Shown one piece after another: positions 1 through 12,590 of a DNA stretch of 64,000 bases. Positions within the stretch are counted from its first letter, which is position 1; every line of letters starts with the position of its first letter. Source of the stretch: Trichodelitschia bisporula (taxonomy: Eukaryota); contig ML996701.1 in the NCBI GenBank assembly GCA_010356995.1, forward strand, positions 736,963 through 800,962, read 5' to 3'. Position numbers and translations under genes: made by a program. A model generated the notes under the pieces. It was given only the letters and a program-made list of their open reading frames with translations. It did not search any database and was not told the DNA's origin.

Positions 1-749
1 GATCGGCTGTCGCCGCAGACATGGTGCGCGCTTGGGAACTACTACTCGCTGACTCGGGAGCATGACAAGGCGGTGAAGTGCTTCAGCCGCGCCACGGATA
101 CCGCCCCGACCTTCGCGTACGCCTGGACCTTGGAGGGCCACGAGCACGTCGCCAACGAGGAGCTTGACAAGGCGCTTAGCGCGTATCGCCAGGCTACGAA
201 CGTCGATCCTCGCCACTACAACGGGTGGTACGGCCTCGGCCAGGTATACGAAAAGCTTGGGGATTATGGCGCCGCCGAGACCAACTTCCGTCGCGCTGTA
301 GAGATCAATCCGAACAATGCGGTTCTGCTGACCTGCGTTGGGATTGTCTCAGAGCGCACGCACCGCATGGAGATGGCGCTCGACTTCTACACCCGTGCTT
401 GCGATGTGGATCCCCGTTCGCCGAAGCCTCGCTTCATGAAGGCGCGGTGCTTGATGCGCGTCGGCCGCTACATTGAGGCGCGGAAGGAGTTTGATGTACT
501 TCGTGAGCTTGCGCCGGATGAGGCCATGGTTCACTACAGCTATGGCCGTTTGGCGAAGAAGCTTGGGGATAAGAAGACGGCTGTTCGGTCGTTTTCGATT
601 GCTCTTAATCTCGACCCGAAGGTATGCATTTCTGAGTACTGCTCTGATCAAGCTAACATTTGAACCAGGCGAGTGCGCATATCAAGGATGCTCTTGAGAC
701 CCTCGATGACGAAGATTCCGAGGACGAAATGTTTGACAACGGCGCCTAA
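1..749 (+). CDS. CDC27: Anaphase-promoting complex TPR subunit Cdc27/BimA/Nuc2, 3' part (5' end outside the window)
   Basis: TPR repeats with typical Cdc27 sequence (SPQTWCALGNYYS, FAYAWTLEGHEHV, DPRHYNGWYGLG, ALNLDPK). Intron 622-668 (GTATGC...CTAAC...CAG), then a short acidic last exon ending TAA at 749. Confidence 0.9.
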
Positions 750-1803
750 TCAGGTTCGCATACATCAACCACCTAATTCCGTGTCCATAATCCCCTCCCT
801 CCTCAACTTCCTTTACCTCCACACCCTCTCCCTCCCGTATATCCCTATGACGGCAACCTGGATGCATTATTCATAGCCTACGGCGCTGCATGACTTCCTG
901 GCGGATTATGAACGACTGGTGTCTTTCGAAACGCAGGACGATGGAGTATCAATGACCTGGTTTCTGTTCGATGCATCAACGCACTTGCGACTGGCATGGG
1001 GGCGAAAACTGCATCATTCTGGCATGGCGTTTATGAGATTTGTGCGAAGTCATTGACTAATGTTGCGTTATAGGCGTTTCGTCGGATGGTTCTCGTGTGG
1101 GCGCGGCCTTTGTGTACCTGTACATTAGTGCGAGTTTGCCTATGGGAAGCTGCTTGCTTTCGATGATGGCGGTTAGGATTGACTGGCGGTACAGCGTGAT
1201 GCATGGGCGGCGGTGTTTCCCTGGAGTTGCATGCCAGGTGTACGATTACGATGCGAGCGTGTGTTGGGTCTGTACATGCCGTAGCAATGGACGGACATGA
1301 CATGCCATGATGTGCAGATTTGCATCGTCCCGTGGTAGTCCTGCATGAGGACATCATGTGGTGCCTGTCTGACATGTGAGAACCTTCACGCCCAACAACA
1401 GCTTTTCAGTGAATGAAGCCGAACGACCTCCAACAACAACCCCATCCCATTCCTCACCTAGCCGCTGTAAACACACGTTTTTTCTCCTACAAGAGCTTCT
1501 ATACATCCGTAAACCCCTTCAGTTATCTATTCAGCTGTTTGGATCTCCCCCCCCCCCCTGTCCCCAGCTCAAATCCCCTCCTCGCATGTGACGCTCAGAC
1601 GCCGCAGATCCCCCCGGCCCCCGCACCCCTGCACCCCATCTTCGGGAGACCAACATCTCAAAATTTGCGACCACGAAAGGCATTCCTCCATAACCTCCCC
1701 CCGCGCCCGGCGCATCGCGACCTCACTTCGACCTCTACCTCCTCCGTCCTCAACCTGCACCTCCACATACCGAACCGCGCTACCTCCCATTATAACCGCG
1801 ACC

Positions 1804-2769
1804 ATGGTCCTCCTCACCTCCATCCTCTACGGCCTCCTTGCGCTGCCTTTGGTCCTGCACCTCTCCGCGGCGTTGCTGTCCGCCACGCCCTTCAGGCAAC
1901 ACGCGCACTATCCCACCTTCCTCGCCCGCTGCCTAACCTACCTCCTCTGTCTCGCCACCAGCGCCATCTACGGCATGCTCGCCAGCCTCATCCTCCGGGC
2001 CTTCGGAGAAGGCGGTCTAGGCCAATGGACCACGGCCCGCTTCTTCAAGTACCTAATGGGCATCACAAGCGGCGTGTGGGTCGAGGTGCTCCCCTCCGGA
2101 GCCGAAGGCTTAACCCGGCGACCAGCCGTGTTCGTCGGGAACCACCAGACGGAGCTAGATGTGCTCTTCCTGGGGGCTATGTTTCCGCGCTACTGCTCCG
2201 TGACCGCGAAGGATAGTCTCAAGTACACGCCGCTTTTGGGGCAATTCAGTAATGCCGCCCCCNNNNNNNNNNNNNNNNNNNNNNNNNNNNNNNNNNNNNN
2301 NNNNNNNGTTCTTGGAATGATCACCGCTAACCCGCTAGTGTCCCTCTCCAAAACCGTCTTCATAAACCGGACCAACCGCGCCTCAGCGCTGGCCGCCTTC
2401 TCCTCCGCCGCGGCCACCATGCATAGTGCTCAACAATCCGTCTTCATATTCCCCGAGGGAACGCGCAGCTACGCGACCACGCCCACCCTCCTCCCTTTCA
2501 AAAAAGGGGCGTTTCATTTAGCCGTCCAGGCGCAGGTGCCCGTTGTGCCGGTGGTGTGTGCGAATTACAGCCATGTGTTGAGTTTTAAGCGGTGGGTGTT
2601 TGGGGCGGGGACGATTCCGGTGCGCGTGCTGGAGCCGATTGAGACGACGGGACTGGGGGCGGGGGATGTGGATGAGCTTGTGGAGCGGTGTAGGACGGCC
2701 ATGGAGAAGGCGCTGGTGGAGTTGGAGGGGGTGAAGGGGGATGTTTTGGGGGGGAAGAAGGTTGTGTAG
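1804..2769 (+). CDS. SLC1: 1-acyl-sn-glycerol-3-phosphate acyltransferase (PlsC family)
   Basis: NHQTELD (NHX4D) and FPEGTRS motifs, PFKKGAFHLA, N-terminal hydrophobic helices. One intron (about 2249-2338) contains the N gap. Confidence 0.92.
   Translation: MVLLTSILYGLLALPLVLHLSAALLSATPFRQHAHYPTFLARCLTYLLCLATSAIYGMLASLILRAFGEGGLGQWTTARFFKYLMGITSGVWVEVLPSGAEGLTRRPAVFVGNHQTELDVLFLGAMFPRYCSVTAKDSLKYTPLLGQFSNAAPXXXXXXXXXXXXXXXVLGMITANPLVSLSKTVFINRTNRASALAAFSSAAATMHSAQQSVFIFPEGTRSYATTPTLLPFKKGAFHLAVQAQVPVVPVVCANYSHVLSFKRWVFGAGTIPVRVLEPIETTGLGAGDVDELVERCRTAMEKALVELEGVKGDVLGGKKVV
2263..2307. other. Assembly gap (run of N) inside the SLC1 intron
   Basis: Ns seen directly, following a C-run. Confidence 0.99.
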
Positions 2770-3129
2770 GGTGGGCGGAGGGGTGGTGAGAAGGGTGTTT
2801 GTGGGAAGGTTTGAGGCGTGGGTTTGAGGCGTATGTGGTGCCCGGTTATGGGAGTGCATGAGCGGCAGCATGGTGGGTGGATAGAGGACCGGAAGGGTAT
2901 CCTATTCTTATGAATGTATGCATTGGCTGGCAATTGATATCTTCTCACGGCGTGTTTCACGCCTCGTGTTGGCAGAGAGGTGCCTGTGGGTTATGACGGC
3001 AAGCCGAACGGGAAGCCATCGCTGTGATGAACTCGGCACGGTCGGCAATGTCAACATAGACATGAACTCCTGCAAGAGGCATTCCCATCGCCTTATGGTA
3101 CAGAATTACCCATCGCTCAAGCTTATTTC

Positions 3130-3450
3130 CGATTCCAAACCAGAAAGCCCGCCCATCCCATCCACCCATACCATCGTCCCAACGGCAATTTCCCGCCCAA
3201 AACTCCACGCTCAAAAGAGATTCCTCAAAAGAGTCGTTCCATTCCAGCCGTACTCCATGTTCCAGACATCTATCGAAAGACCGATCCCAGCCAGCCATAC
3301 CAATTATCCCGATAACAGTTTTCCAGCCAAACTCCATGCATAAGAGATTTCTCAAAAGACCGAACCCGGCCAGCCATACCACCATCCATCAGCAATTCCC
3401 GTCCAACTCCACGTCCAAGTGAGGCCTCTCGGGAAATCCATCCCATCAGA
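3130..3450. repeat. Degenerate tandem repeat (minisatellite-like, about 65-80 bp units)
   Basis: Recurring blocks aaagaccgatcccagccagccatacc / aaagaccgaacccggccagccatacc and aaactccacgctcaaaagagattcctcaaaaga / aaactccatgcataagagatttctcaaaaga. Confidence 0.65.
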
Positions 3451-3470
3451 TATGCCCGCACTACCTCCTC

Positions 3471-4271
3471 TTAACCTCCACCATACCCCTCCCTCGCCCA
3501 CTCACCCTCACCCCGCCTCCACTCGTCCCTTCTCTCCCCTGCGTCCTGGGTATCATGAACACAAGCCCGTCTCCAAACCGCCCTACTACCCGTCATCAGC
3601 CTTGCCGCCTCACTCCCTCTCAAATCAACTTACCACATAACGCACCTAACCGGCACCGGCGCCGTCGCCCTCCACGCATCAAAACACGCTCTGTGCACGT
3701 TGGCCCCACACTCCCCCTTACACCACACAAGCTGCCCGAGCCCCGCCCCCGCAAGCGGCGCCGCACAAATTGGACACGACGCCTGCGACGTCGGTTGTCG
3801 TGCCGCGTGCGTGAGTGTACAGGACAGCCCTGTCGGGGAGAGAGAGGGCGTGCGGTGCGCCACCGAGCGCGTTGCGGGGGTATTCAGCGACGAGTACGTG
3901 CGCAGCGTCGGAGTCACGCGCGGCGTCCCATGTGCCGAGGCGGCCGGCGCCGACGAACTCAGCGCGCCTGAAGTATCGTAAGTCCTCCGCATCGAGACAT
4001 CATACGACCCCGGCGGCGAGTACTCGTATGCGCGCCTCGTCGAGGTATCGTATGACCCCGGAGTCCGCTCCTCCGGCACGCGGAGCATCCCCCGCCCGCC
4101 GCGCCGCTCCCAATCCACAACCTCCTGGCCCAGTGTCCTGGTCACGCCGGGCTGCGCCGGGGACGCAAGCACGAGTACGACGCCGGGCGTGCGGCGGGGC
4201 GGGGAGGAGGGCGGGTTATTGGGCGGGCGGTCGCGCGGGCGGTCGTGCGGGCACCATGGCGGGGTGGTCAT
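3471..4271 (-). CDS. RING-type zinc-finger protein (start uncertain)
   Basis: CPIC...WCKGECGANVHRACFDAW...RCVM, then an intron (GTAAGT near 3633, branch CTGAT, TAG) restores C-RAVW and completes the RING cysteine pattern. Stop TAA at 3471. The N-terminus is low-complexity with PGSYD(T/V)S repeats. Confidence 0.65.
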
Positions 4272-6537
4272 CGTATTCGCGCGAGGCTAGCTAGCGCGGG
4301 GCTGCGCGGGGGCGGGGCGGGCCGGCGCGTGGTGCGGGAAGGCGGTACGGGTGGCTAGTATGAGAGGGAGGCGGGTGGTGGTGGTGGTGGTTGCTTGGAG
4401 GACATGCGGTGCGAGTGTGGAGGAGTGCGGATGGCTAGTGTGCTGTATATACGGTATTCCATGGTTTTGCGCGCCGCGTGATTGCGTCCTCCAAGTGCGC
4501 CGTCGTGGTGGGTCGCGGCGAGGGTGGGAAAGGAGGACGCCACGGTGGGGCCCCCTGCGGATCGAGAATACGTGCAGCGCCCACGACTGGGGTGGAGTGA
4601 CGAAGGATGAGGCGTGTGATAGGGTGTTTGAGTGGTGGATTGCACCTGTTTGAGTTGCGGGTCCGGAGGGAGTGCACGGGAGTCGCGTGGGGAGGCTAAA
4701 TTTTCGCCGAATATCGCTTTTCTTCCATGGGCAATTCGCTTTTCGCACTTCCAGGCCTATCGCTACGAACTGCATGTTACATGCGAACCGCTGCGAATCT
4801 TGACCGCTTCATACACTTTCAAGTTTCTTAATTGGATGTGCTTCCTCCGGTTCCAGTAAGAAGGGTCGAGGAGGTAAGGGAGATCCTTCTTCAGAGACCG
4901 AATACTGTTTCAGTATGTCGGCGGCACAGCATTCACCCGCAACTGCAAGAGATGCCTCTTCACTGCGAACCGAACGGTCTCGACCATGCGCTGGGGCGCA
5001 ACGAGATTGACCGCTTCGGCAAGGAAATTTGCGACGTAGTGCTCGGAGAATGCGCCGTGATACAGTTCTCGTCAAGTCGACCAAGTCTTATTTGTGGAAA
5101 GGACTACCCCAAGAGTACGGTACCGAGTTCGTGATGGTCATTTGGCGATGCGGAAATCGCACGCACAACTCGTAGGGCGTCTCAATTATCTCGGCGGTCG
5201 TGCTTCACATACTCTTAAAATATCTTTTCCGACAACCTTCCGACCAGCGCTGCTGATCTCTCACCATTGAGGAGGAGCTTCCGGTTGACAACAGCGTAGC
5301 ATGAGCGGGCCCAGGAAGCCAGTGTGAAAGTCCAGTTCCAGTTGGCGATCTGGCCAATTCGGAAGCCGCATCTCGATGTGCTCCAGCTGAAATTTACCAT
5401 AGTCACTTAGAACTAGGTTACGCCTCCAGGCCGTCTGTCGGTTGGCAAACCCGCCCCTACTTCTTGCAGTGCAAGAGAGCAACACCACGCATCAGCACAG
5501 AGTAGTCGAAAAGGTTCGATTTGGCGATCGCTCTTCCGACTCGGAACGTCAGCCCTGATATTTGAGAGAAGAAGACCCGCGCAGCCGGGTCCTGAGGAAA
5601 GGTTGCACAAAGTCCGCCACCATGTTCGTGCAGAGGCAGCCATGTTCGGCTTCGGTCGCGCGTCTAACACAGTACAGTACGTCCGTACGCAACCTACTCG
5701 CGTCAGGCATGCTGCGCTGCCCTCTCCAGCGAATAACGGAACTTGAGCGAATGGCATTCCGAGCTCTCTTTGTCACCCCTAAGCCATCCCGCTACAGCCA
5801 GAAAACGGGCGCTGCAAGCCCGTGCAAAACCGATATTCAGCGCATGTTGCCTCCATGGTCGCTGCAGGGGTATGTCAATTGGACTGCGTAACGGTGCAGA
5901 CGCCGTACACGCGACGTATCGGATGGGAGACCGCAGGTGTCTATGTATGGGTTACGGCGCTTGTGCTGCGGTAGTCCGGGGGCGGCGGCGGGTGGATGCG
6001 CGGAGGAACTGTGCCACCCAGGTGCAGCGCGGTCTAGGGTGGCCGCTTGGGGAGACGTCCCGACAGGCCGGGCCGATGTATTGTCGTCTTGTTTGGATGC
6101 GCGGATAGGAGACGGCGACGCGGGTGATGCCGCTGGCCTGGATGTGCAAAGTAGCTCAAGGTGACGAGGAATTTGGCACACAAGACATGTCTCTATGGTT
6201 ATCGCACATCCCAATCATCAGTCGAAGGGGAATCTTGTCGTGCTTGTCTCCCAGGGTTGGCGTCGAAGCCGTCGTATTGCGTGAATTCCGACATGACCGA
6301 TTGGGCGAGGGGATTGTTCCTATGCGGTGTGGATGAGTGATGGTGGAGAAACACGGAATGGAGCTGAAGTTGTCCTTTGGAGACATGAGGTTGTGGAGAG
6401 GCGACGTTCTTCAATGAGAGAGCCTTGGTGCCTGTTGCGCCCGTCGAGCCCTGCCGCAACGATGAGCAGTCCCCAAGCGGATCAAAAATAATTGTGTGGG
6501 TAATATACAATTAAAATGCTCCACGTTGCATCAAACA

Positions 6538-6634
6538 GGTTGTGTGGTCTAGTGGTATGATTCTCGCTTAGGGTTCACCCTGAGTTCCACTGGAAACATG
6601 CGAGAGGTCCCGCGTTCAATCCGCGGCACAGCCC
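6538..6634 (+). tRNA. tRNA-Pro(AGG) with 25-nt intron (6574-6598)
   Basis: Acceptor GGTTGTG/CACAGCC, D-arm TGGTCTAGTGG, anticodon arm CTCGC-TTAGGG..T-GCGAG, T-loop GTTCAATC, T-runs downstream. Confidence 0.95.
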
Positions 6635-6814
6635 TGTCTTTTGTCTCTTTTTGCCGTGCTAAACGATCACTCCCGGGCTTTCGGATCGCGTCGGGACCGA
6701 TAAAAACCGGTTTCGGGCAGCCGGGAGGGAGAGGGAACTGTGGCCGAGGAAATGTACCGTGTCTATTTTTGTCATTTTCCGGTAAGGTTTTTGGTAGAGA
6801 TCCGGGCTATGCTT

Positions 6815-6896
6815 ACGGGCGCCGCGGAAAATCCTCCATGCCCACGGGTGTCGCGGAAATCCTCCCATGCCTACGGGCGTCGCGGAAATCCTCCAA
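6815..6896. repeat. Three tandem copies of a 29-bp unit upstream of the ceramidase gene
   Basis: Units start at 6815, 6844 and 6873: ACGGGYGYCGCGGAAA(A)TCCTCC(C)ATGCC. Confidence 0.9.
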
Positions 6897-7136
6897 TTGG
6901 CGCCAAAGGTGTATAAGCGCGCTGAAGCACCGGCTTGAGTCTTTGTTCATCACCACGCACCTACCGAACGACCCACGTTTATGAGGCTGAACAGGGCCAG
7001 CCCTAGTGCTTAGCAACCCGGACATCAAGTGTGGCGTCAGCTCCACCTTCGGCCCCCACACGTCAAGTTCTGACCGTGTGCGACCGTTGAGACAAACGTC
7101 TGCATCCTCTCTTTCAACATCCGATTCTCTTTCGAT

Positions 7137-8200
7137 ATGCCATCCTGGTTGCCCTCCACGCCGTACCCGGCAGCTAAAGACGGGTTCTGGGGGCCTGTAA
7201 CTTCGACGCTGAATTGGTGCGAGGAGGTACGTCACGTCACATGTGCGGTTGCGTGTTCTAACCGCGTCTAGGACTATTATGCCTCGCATTACTTGGCTGA
7301 GATAGTTAACTCGTTGACGAACCTCATTTTCGTCGTGCTGGCCTTCAAGGGCATCGCCAATTGTCTCCGCAATGGGCATGACACCGTCTTCGTCGTCGCC
7401 TTCGTCAGCTACCTCCTCGTCGGCCTCGGCAGCTTCTTCTTCCACGCCACGCTGCTGTGTACGCCTATGCCCTACGTGCTTCAGCTACCAGTCTACTAAC
7501 CCGCCCCAAAAGACCCAATGCAGCTCGTCGACGAGCTCTCCATGATCTACACCACCAGCATAATGACCTTCGCCCTCTTCACCCGCGCCGCCGCCCGCCC
7601 CGCCCGCCTCTTCTTCGGCCTCCTCGTTGCCTCCCTCGCCGCCTTCATCACCGCCTACTACGTGTACCTCGGCGACCCGCTCTTCCACCAAAACGCCTTC
7701 GCCGTGCTCACTGCCTTCACCATCCTCCGCAGCCTGTACATCATGGAGACGCGGTTGCGTCCGTCGCGCCGCTGTAAAGACCTGTCCCTTACGCCTGCCG
7801 AGCAGGCCCGCCGCGATGTAAGGGATGATGTGATTGTGACGACGATGTGGCGCTTTGTGGGGCTTGCGCTCGCGGCGGCGGCGGGGGGGTTTGCGATTTG
7901 GAATCTGGATACACTGCATTGTGACGCGATTCGGCGCTGGAGGCACCGGGTTGGATTGCCGTGGGGTGTGTTGCTGGAGGGGCATGGGTGGTGGTGAGTT
8001 CTCGCGGCAGTGCGGTGTGATACGGCTAGAACTAATTGGGCAGGCATATCCTCACGGGGATTTCAGCGTATTATCAACTCATGTGGGGCGTGTGGTTGAG
8101 GTATTGCCTGAATGGGCAGCAGGATGATGTCGAGATGGTGTGGCCGTCGATGTGGTCTGTCCCGGTGGTGGAGAAGGTGAGTGCGAAGAAGCGCAACTGA
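7137..8200 (+). CDS. Alkaline (phyto)ceramidase, CREST superfamily (Ypc1/Ydc1-like), 4 exons
   Basis: FWGPVTSTLNWCEE|DY, GLGSFFFHATL, MQLVDELSMIY and LEGHGWW|HILTG motifs. Canonical introns near 7227-7271, 7458-7512 and 7994-8043. Confidence 0.93.
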
Positions 8201-8466
8201 TGGCTTGCTTCGGCATGGATGGTGTGTCCGGCGTCGATGGTAAGCTTTGGACTCGGTTCTTTTGGCGAATATACACGCATTGTACTTTCCTGTCCCCCTG
8301 CTAGATATCATCATAGAGAACGTTCCTCTCGTCCGATATATTTTGTACTGTGTACCCACCAACCATTGTCATGGGCCCACTTATCTCGCTAGGGCTTCGT
8401 ACCTTCCTCCCTCCGCTCCACCGGGCCACAATAAGGGTTTGGTATTCCGCTCGTTCACCATCAATA

Positions 8467-8553
8467 GGCCGCGTGGCCTAATGGTAAGGCGTCTGACTAC
8501 GATTCCTACGGGTTGTGATCAGGAGATTGCAGGTTCGAGACCTGCCGCGGTCA
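8467..8553 (+). tRNA. tRNA-Arg(ACG) with 15-nt intron (8503-8517)
   Basis: Acceptor GGCCGCG/CGCGGTC, anticodon arm TCTGA-CTACGA..A-TCAGG, GTTCGAGAC T-loop, TTTTT terminator. Confidence 0.95.
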
Positions 8554-9025
8554 TTTTTGCTGCTGTTGCGGTTTGTGGCGACAAGGACACTTGTGGTTGC
8601 TTCGAGGACTGCTGTTATCGTCTCGCCGCTCGGCTTTGAGTTCTTTTTGCTGATAACTTCTACATATATTCGGACTCAGCCATGAGTCACCTCCGATGTA
8701 GACAAGGGAGGAGCATTGTTATGGGAGGAAGAAGCATGTTTCTCTTGGGAAAGCACAGGAATGGCCCTTGCTTACATAAGGATACTCCTTCCATAAACCC
8801 ATCACGGTCCGGTGGCGCTGGGGAGTGGAGGAGGGCTGAAGGGTTAATTGTCACAGAGGGGAGGCTGATGAAGGATAGTACACAATAGCATTCCCAGCCT
8901 CGCGCAAGAAACCCTCACGCAAGAGGCTGAAACCCAATCCGCCCAACTCCCACCCCACGCCCCTAACCCAAATTACAAACCTCTATGCACCGCCACGCCA
9001 TATACAAAAGCCCGTCCTGATCGCA

Positions 9026-10201
9026 TTAACCTTGCTTCGGCACCCCCGCATACATCTCCACCGGCGTCTGCTGACTATCCCTAGGTAGTCAGCCCGCCAT
9101 TCCAGCGTAATATCAGAATCAGTAAACAAACCTATGCTGCTGCTGCTGCTGCTGCTGCCCCTGCGGCCCATACCCAAACCCCCCATGCGCCTGCCCCTGC
9201 GGCGGCGGGCTATCAAACCGCGGCGAGTGCATCCCGGGCATATACTCTTGCCCCTGCGGCGGCGCATGCCCCGCATACGGCGGCAGGCTCATGCGATGCA
9301 TATCCGCCATCTTCACGGGCACATACAGCGTGCCATTCGGGCCCACGATACCCTCGGCCGGGGCTTGCGGCGCGGGCGACATGGGCGGCTGGGGCGGGAT
9401 GCCTTTGGACTCTGAGAGGGAGCGCCGACTGCGGGCGCGGCCGATGAAGAAGAAGAGCGCGGCGGCGAGGATGATGATGAGGACTACGCCGACGACTACG
9501 CCCGCTATGGCGCCGGCGGGGAAGGATTTGTGGTGGTCGGAGTCCGAGGCGGCGGCGGCGGTGGGCTGCGTGCTGCTGCTGGGTGTTGCGGTGTCGGTTT
9601 TCGAGGCGGTGGAGGCGGAGGCGGGGAGCGTGCCCTCGGCGGGGAAGGGCTCGCCTGGGTTCAGGGCGAATTGCGCCTTCGCAGCCGCGTCCTTGTGCTC
9701 CTTGAGGGAAACGGTTGCGTTCGGGTTTATGACCGCGACCATCTGGTACTTGATACAAGCGTCGGGCGCGGAGCAGTAGTAGAACAGCGGGGAGGAGTCG
9801 TTGATGCGGATGGTCCAGCTCGGTGGGTCGTCGAGGATGGCGTCGACGGGGTGGAAGCCGGAGAAGAAGCCGATGTTGCCTTTGCCCATGAGTTCGTAGG
9901 GGACGCAGGGCGTTAGGTATCTACTATGGTTAGGGGGGAGGGGTGGGGATGTGGGGTGGGCTTACTCGGCGCGCACGACGCTGTGGTTTGCGGGGTAGAA
10001 GTTGAATTTCACGTAGCTGCCGACGGGGGCTTGCACGACGTCTGGCACGAAGCGGTGATCGCCGCGGCCGACGGTCACGGTGAAGGTTGCGGCCGCGCTG
10101 GAGGTGGACGTCGTCGTCGCGCCCAACGTAGAGGTTGTGGTCTGGCCATTGGCGAGCAGGGCCGCAGAGCCGAGTGCGAGGGCGAGAAGTGAAGTCCTCA
10201 T
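9026..10201 (-). CDS. Secreted/single-pass cupredoxin-like 'extracellular serine-rich' protein
   Basis: Signal peptide MRTSLLALALG; VTVGRGDHRFVPD..V.F.FYPANHSVVRAE|YLTPCVP..GFFSGF..PLFYYCSAPDACIKYQMVAVINP; S/T-rich stalk; TM GAIAGVVVGVVLIIIL; Q/P-rich tail. Introns about 9918-9965 and 9082-9131. Confidence 0.85.
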
Positions 10202-12560
10202 GATAGGATACTTGCGGGATGGAGCCCAGGCGGCAATATACAAGCCGGCGAAGGATGTCGTGCAATTAAGAGAGGAGTGGGATGCAGAGGTTTTGGGACG
10301 AAATCAAGGGTTGGCCCCGGGTGTTTGTACGTTGGTAGGACGCCGCGCCCGTCCTCGCTCTCGTCGGTCAATGTGTGGGCGCATCGGACAGCAGGCTAGA
10401 CCGGGCCTCCCTAGAGCAAGGCGTCCGCATATACGCTTTCTGGTACGCCTCAGGCTGGGCATCGTGGGCCAGAAAGGGGATAGCGAAGACATTTACGAGG
10501 GCTGGTCGAGATACGGTCCGTGCTGGTGGACAAAGAAACGCCAGTTCATAAAACATATAAACTATAGGATGCTTCAGCCACTGTTCTATTCAGACACCAT
10601 ACGCACTGGACGACGAGATTGAAGTCGAGAGTGAAGGAGAGAAGACGAAAAGGCTGCCCGTCTTTTACAAGGCTCAGAGGGGATCCCGGGCATCAGCAGC
10701 AGCGAACACGAACGCGGCCAACATTTACTGGAGTTGGGGGCGGAAAGGCTGAAGTCTTGGTGTTGAAAGGATCGAGCCAGCCGAGGCTTGGCTGCATGGT
10801 ATAGCGGTGATTCCCGCGAACACTGCCAACAAAAGCTCGGCACCCAACACCAGCGACGGCGAGGAGAACGGCAGCCCTGCTCACCGATACGAGCAACACT
10901 GAGATTGAACGAGAACCTCGTGGAGATTCTTCCGGCTGAATGTCCGATTCAGCGCGCAAGTCACTATATGATGCGCGGCGTGGGAAGTGACAAGTGATGT
11001 CGTGAGAACTGCGCGATGTCCCCGGTCTTGGTGTTGAAGTCGGTGACCTGGAACCTGGTTCTTCCCCGCCGAGCCCCTAACTCCTTCGCGTCAAACCCTA
11101 TTTTGGGCCACGGCCTGACTTCAATCTCGCATCCCAGCCCCCCGCCCTACCGGTTTCTCTACAATACTTATATTCGTCAACTGCGCCTCCGCTTGCAAGA
11201 CCTCCGTCATGGTCGCGCCTGAATATGATTCCTCTTTGTTCCGGCACCAGCCACTTGGGGGCGGGTAAACGGTGGCTCGACGGCCACGATTGCTGCGGTT
11301 GCGGTTCTGTCGGCTTGGGCTAATAGCCGTTGTCCAGCGCTGACGCCGAGACCGTAGTCGTTCTTGATTGCTGATATGTATAGCGTGTGAAAATGGGGAA
11401 GTACTCCGTACTGGTGGCCTTACGCAGCAATGTTAAATACAACTTACTGTTGTAAGAGCCATGAGAGCGATTCTTTGACGACCGAACGACACAGCCGATG
11501 GATTAACATTCTGACACAACGGCCGGGTACGCAGAGTCGCCTTGTACAGCAGGACGTGCGATGAAATCTCCACACACCGTTCGTGGCTGTCCGTCACGGA
11601 ATATTCCGATATCCCTCCAGACTTCTTTTTCCAGCGCTCTGCTTGTCATGACAACCAGACATCATTGTTTGGTTCGGCTTTGAGTCAGCTCATAATGCAC
11701 AGCTTCATCGCTATTCCTGCAGCAGGACAGCCGTGAATTGTCAGCTTTACGGCGTGCCCCATGGGGATCTTCTTTTTGTTCCCGCGTATTGTAACCCCCA
11801 CCGTGGCCACGAGGTCGGATTCTCTCGGGCCAAGTGCGGGGCCGTTGGAGGGGTAGTCGCTGTTGTGGAACGACAGTTGATGAGAGCATCTGCTGCGGAG
11901 TGTATTCCGGCTATGTTAGTGGGGTACTGTGAGGCAATGGACTTGCCTGACTCCGTGCGCCAGCAATTCGTGGATCTCTTTCATTAGACATTCCCTTGAC
12001 TGAGGAGGGCAGTTCAGAGCATTGCATGTGGTACGGGGCTAAAGCAAGACCAGTAAAGAAGAGTCGTCTGAGGAGAATCGAATGAGATGAAGCTCGGCTC
12101 TGGAAATATATTCTCCTCCCAAAGGCCGCACATGAACCTCATGTACCCTCCAGCAGACCCCACAGCGAGCCTCTCAACTATCCATCTAGATCACTAATCC
12201 TCATTCCACCACCATCTCCGTCCGCGAGCTTCGGAGCTGCTTCCTTCCTCGGTATCCCATCAGCCCCAAAATAGCCCCACGTGGTGCCTCTGGAGCCCTG
12301 CCAGCACACAAGATCACAACAACCCCATCTGGCAGCTAATCTCGCCTCTTTCATCTATCCCGTCAGCAAATATGCCTCAGTTCGTATTCGCCCAAATGAG
12401 CATTAATGTGGGTAAATTAACGGCCTTATGTCCTACCACTCGGCTCGTGGCGGCGATATTGGCCACCGAGGTACCTATCAATGGGAGAATACAGCAGCGC
12501 AGTTGCTGATGAGAACAGTAACACAATGTTGACTTCGAAGCTTAGCAGCGACTGCCATCC

Positions 12561-12590
12561 AACAACAACAACAACTACTACTACTACTAC
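12561..12590. repeat. Compound microsatellite (AAC)n(TAC)n
   Basis: aacaacaacaacaactactactactactac. Confidence 0.9.

Noticed and set aside
4700..6500. Many overlapping short ORFs between the RING gene and tRNA-Pro
   Set aside because: No recognisable domain, consistent codon bias or convincing exon chain; may be a decayed relic but cannot be supported.
6815..6896. 29-bp repeats as a CRISPR-like array
   Set aside because: The units are directly adjacent with no unique spacers, the context is eukaryotic, and there are no cas genes.
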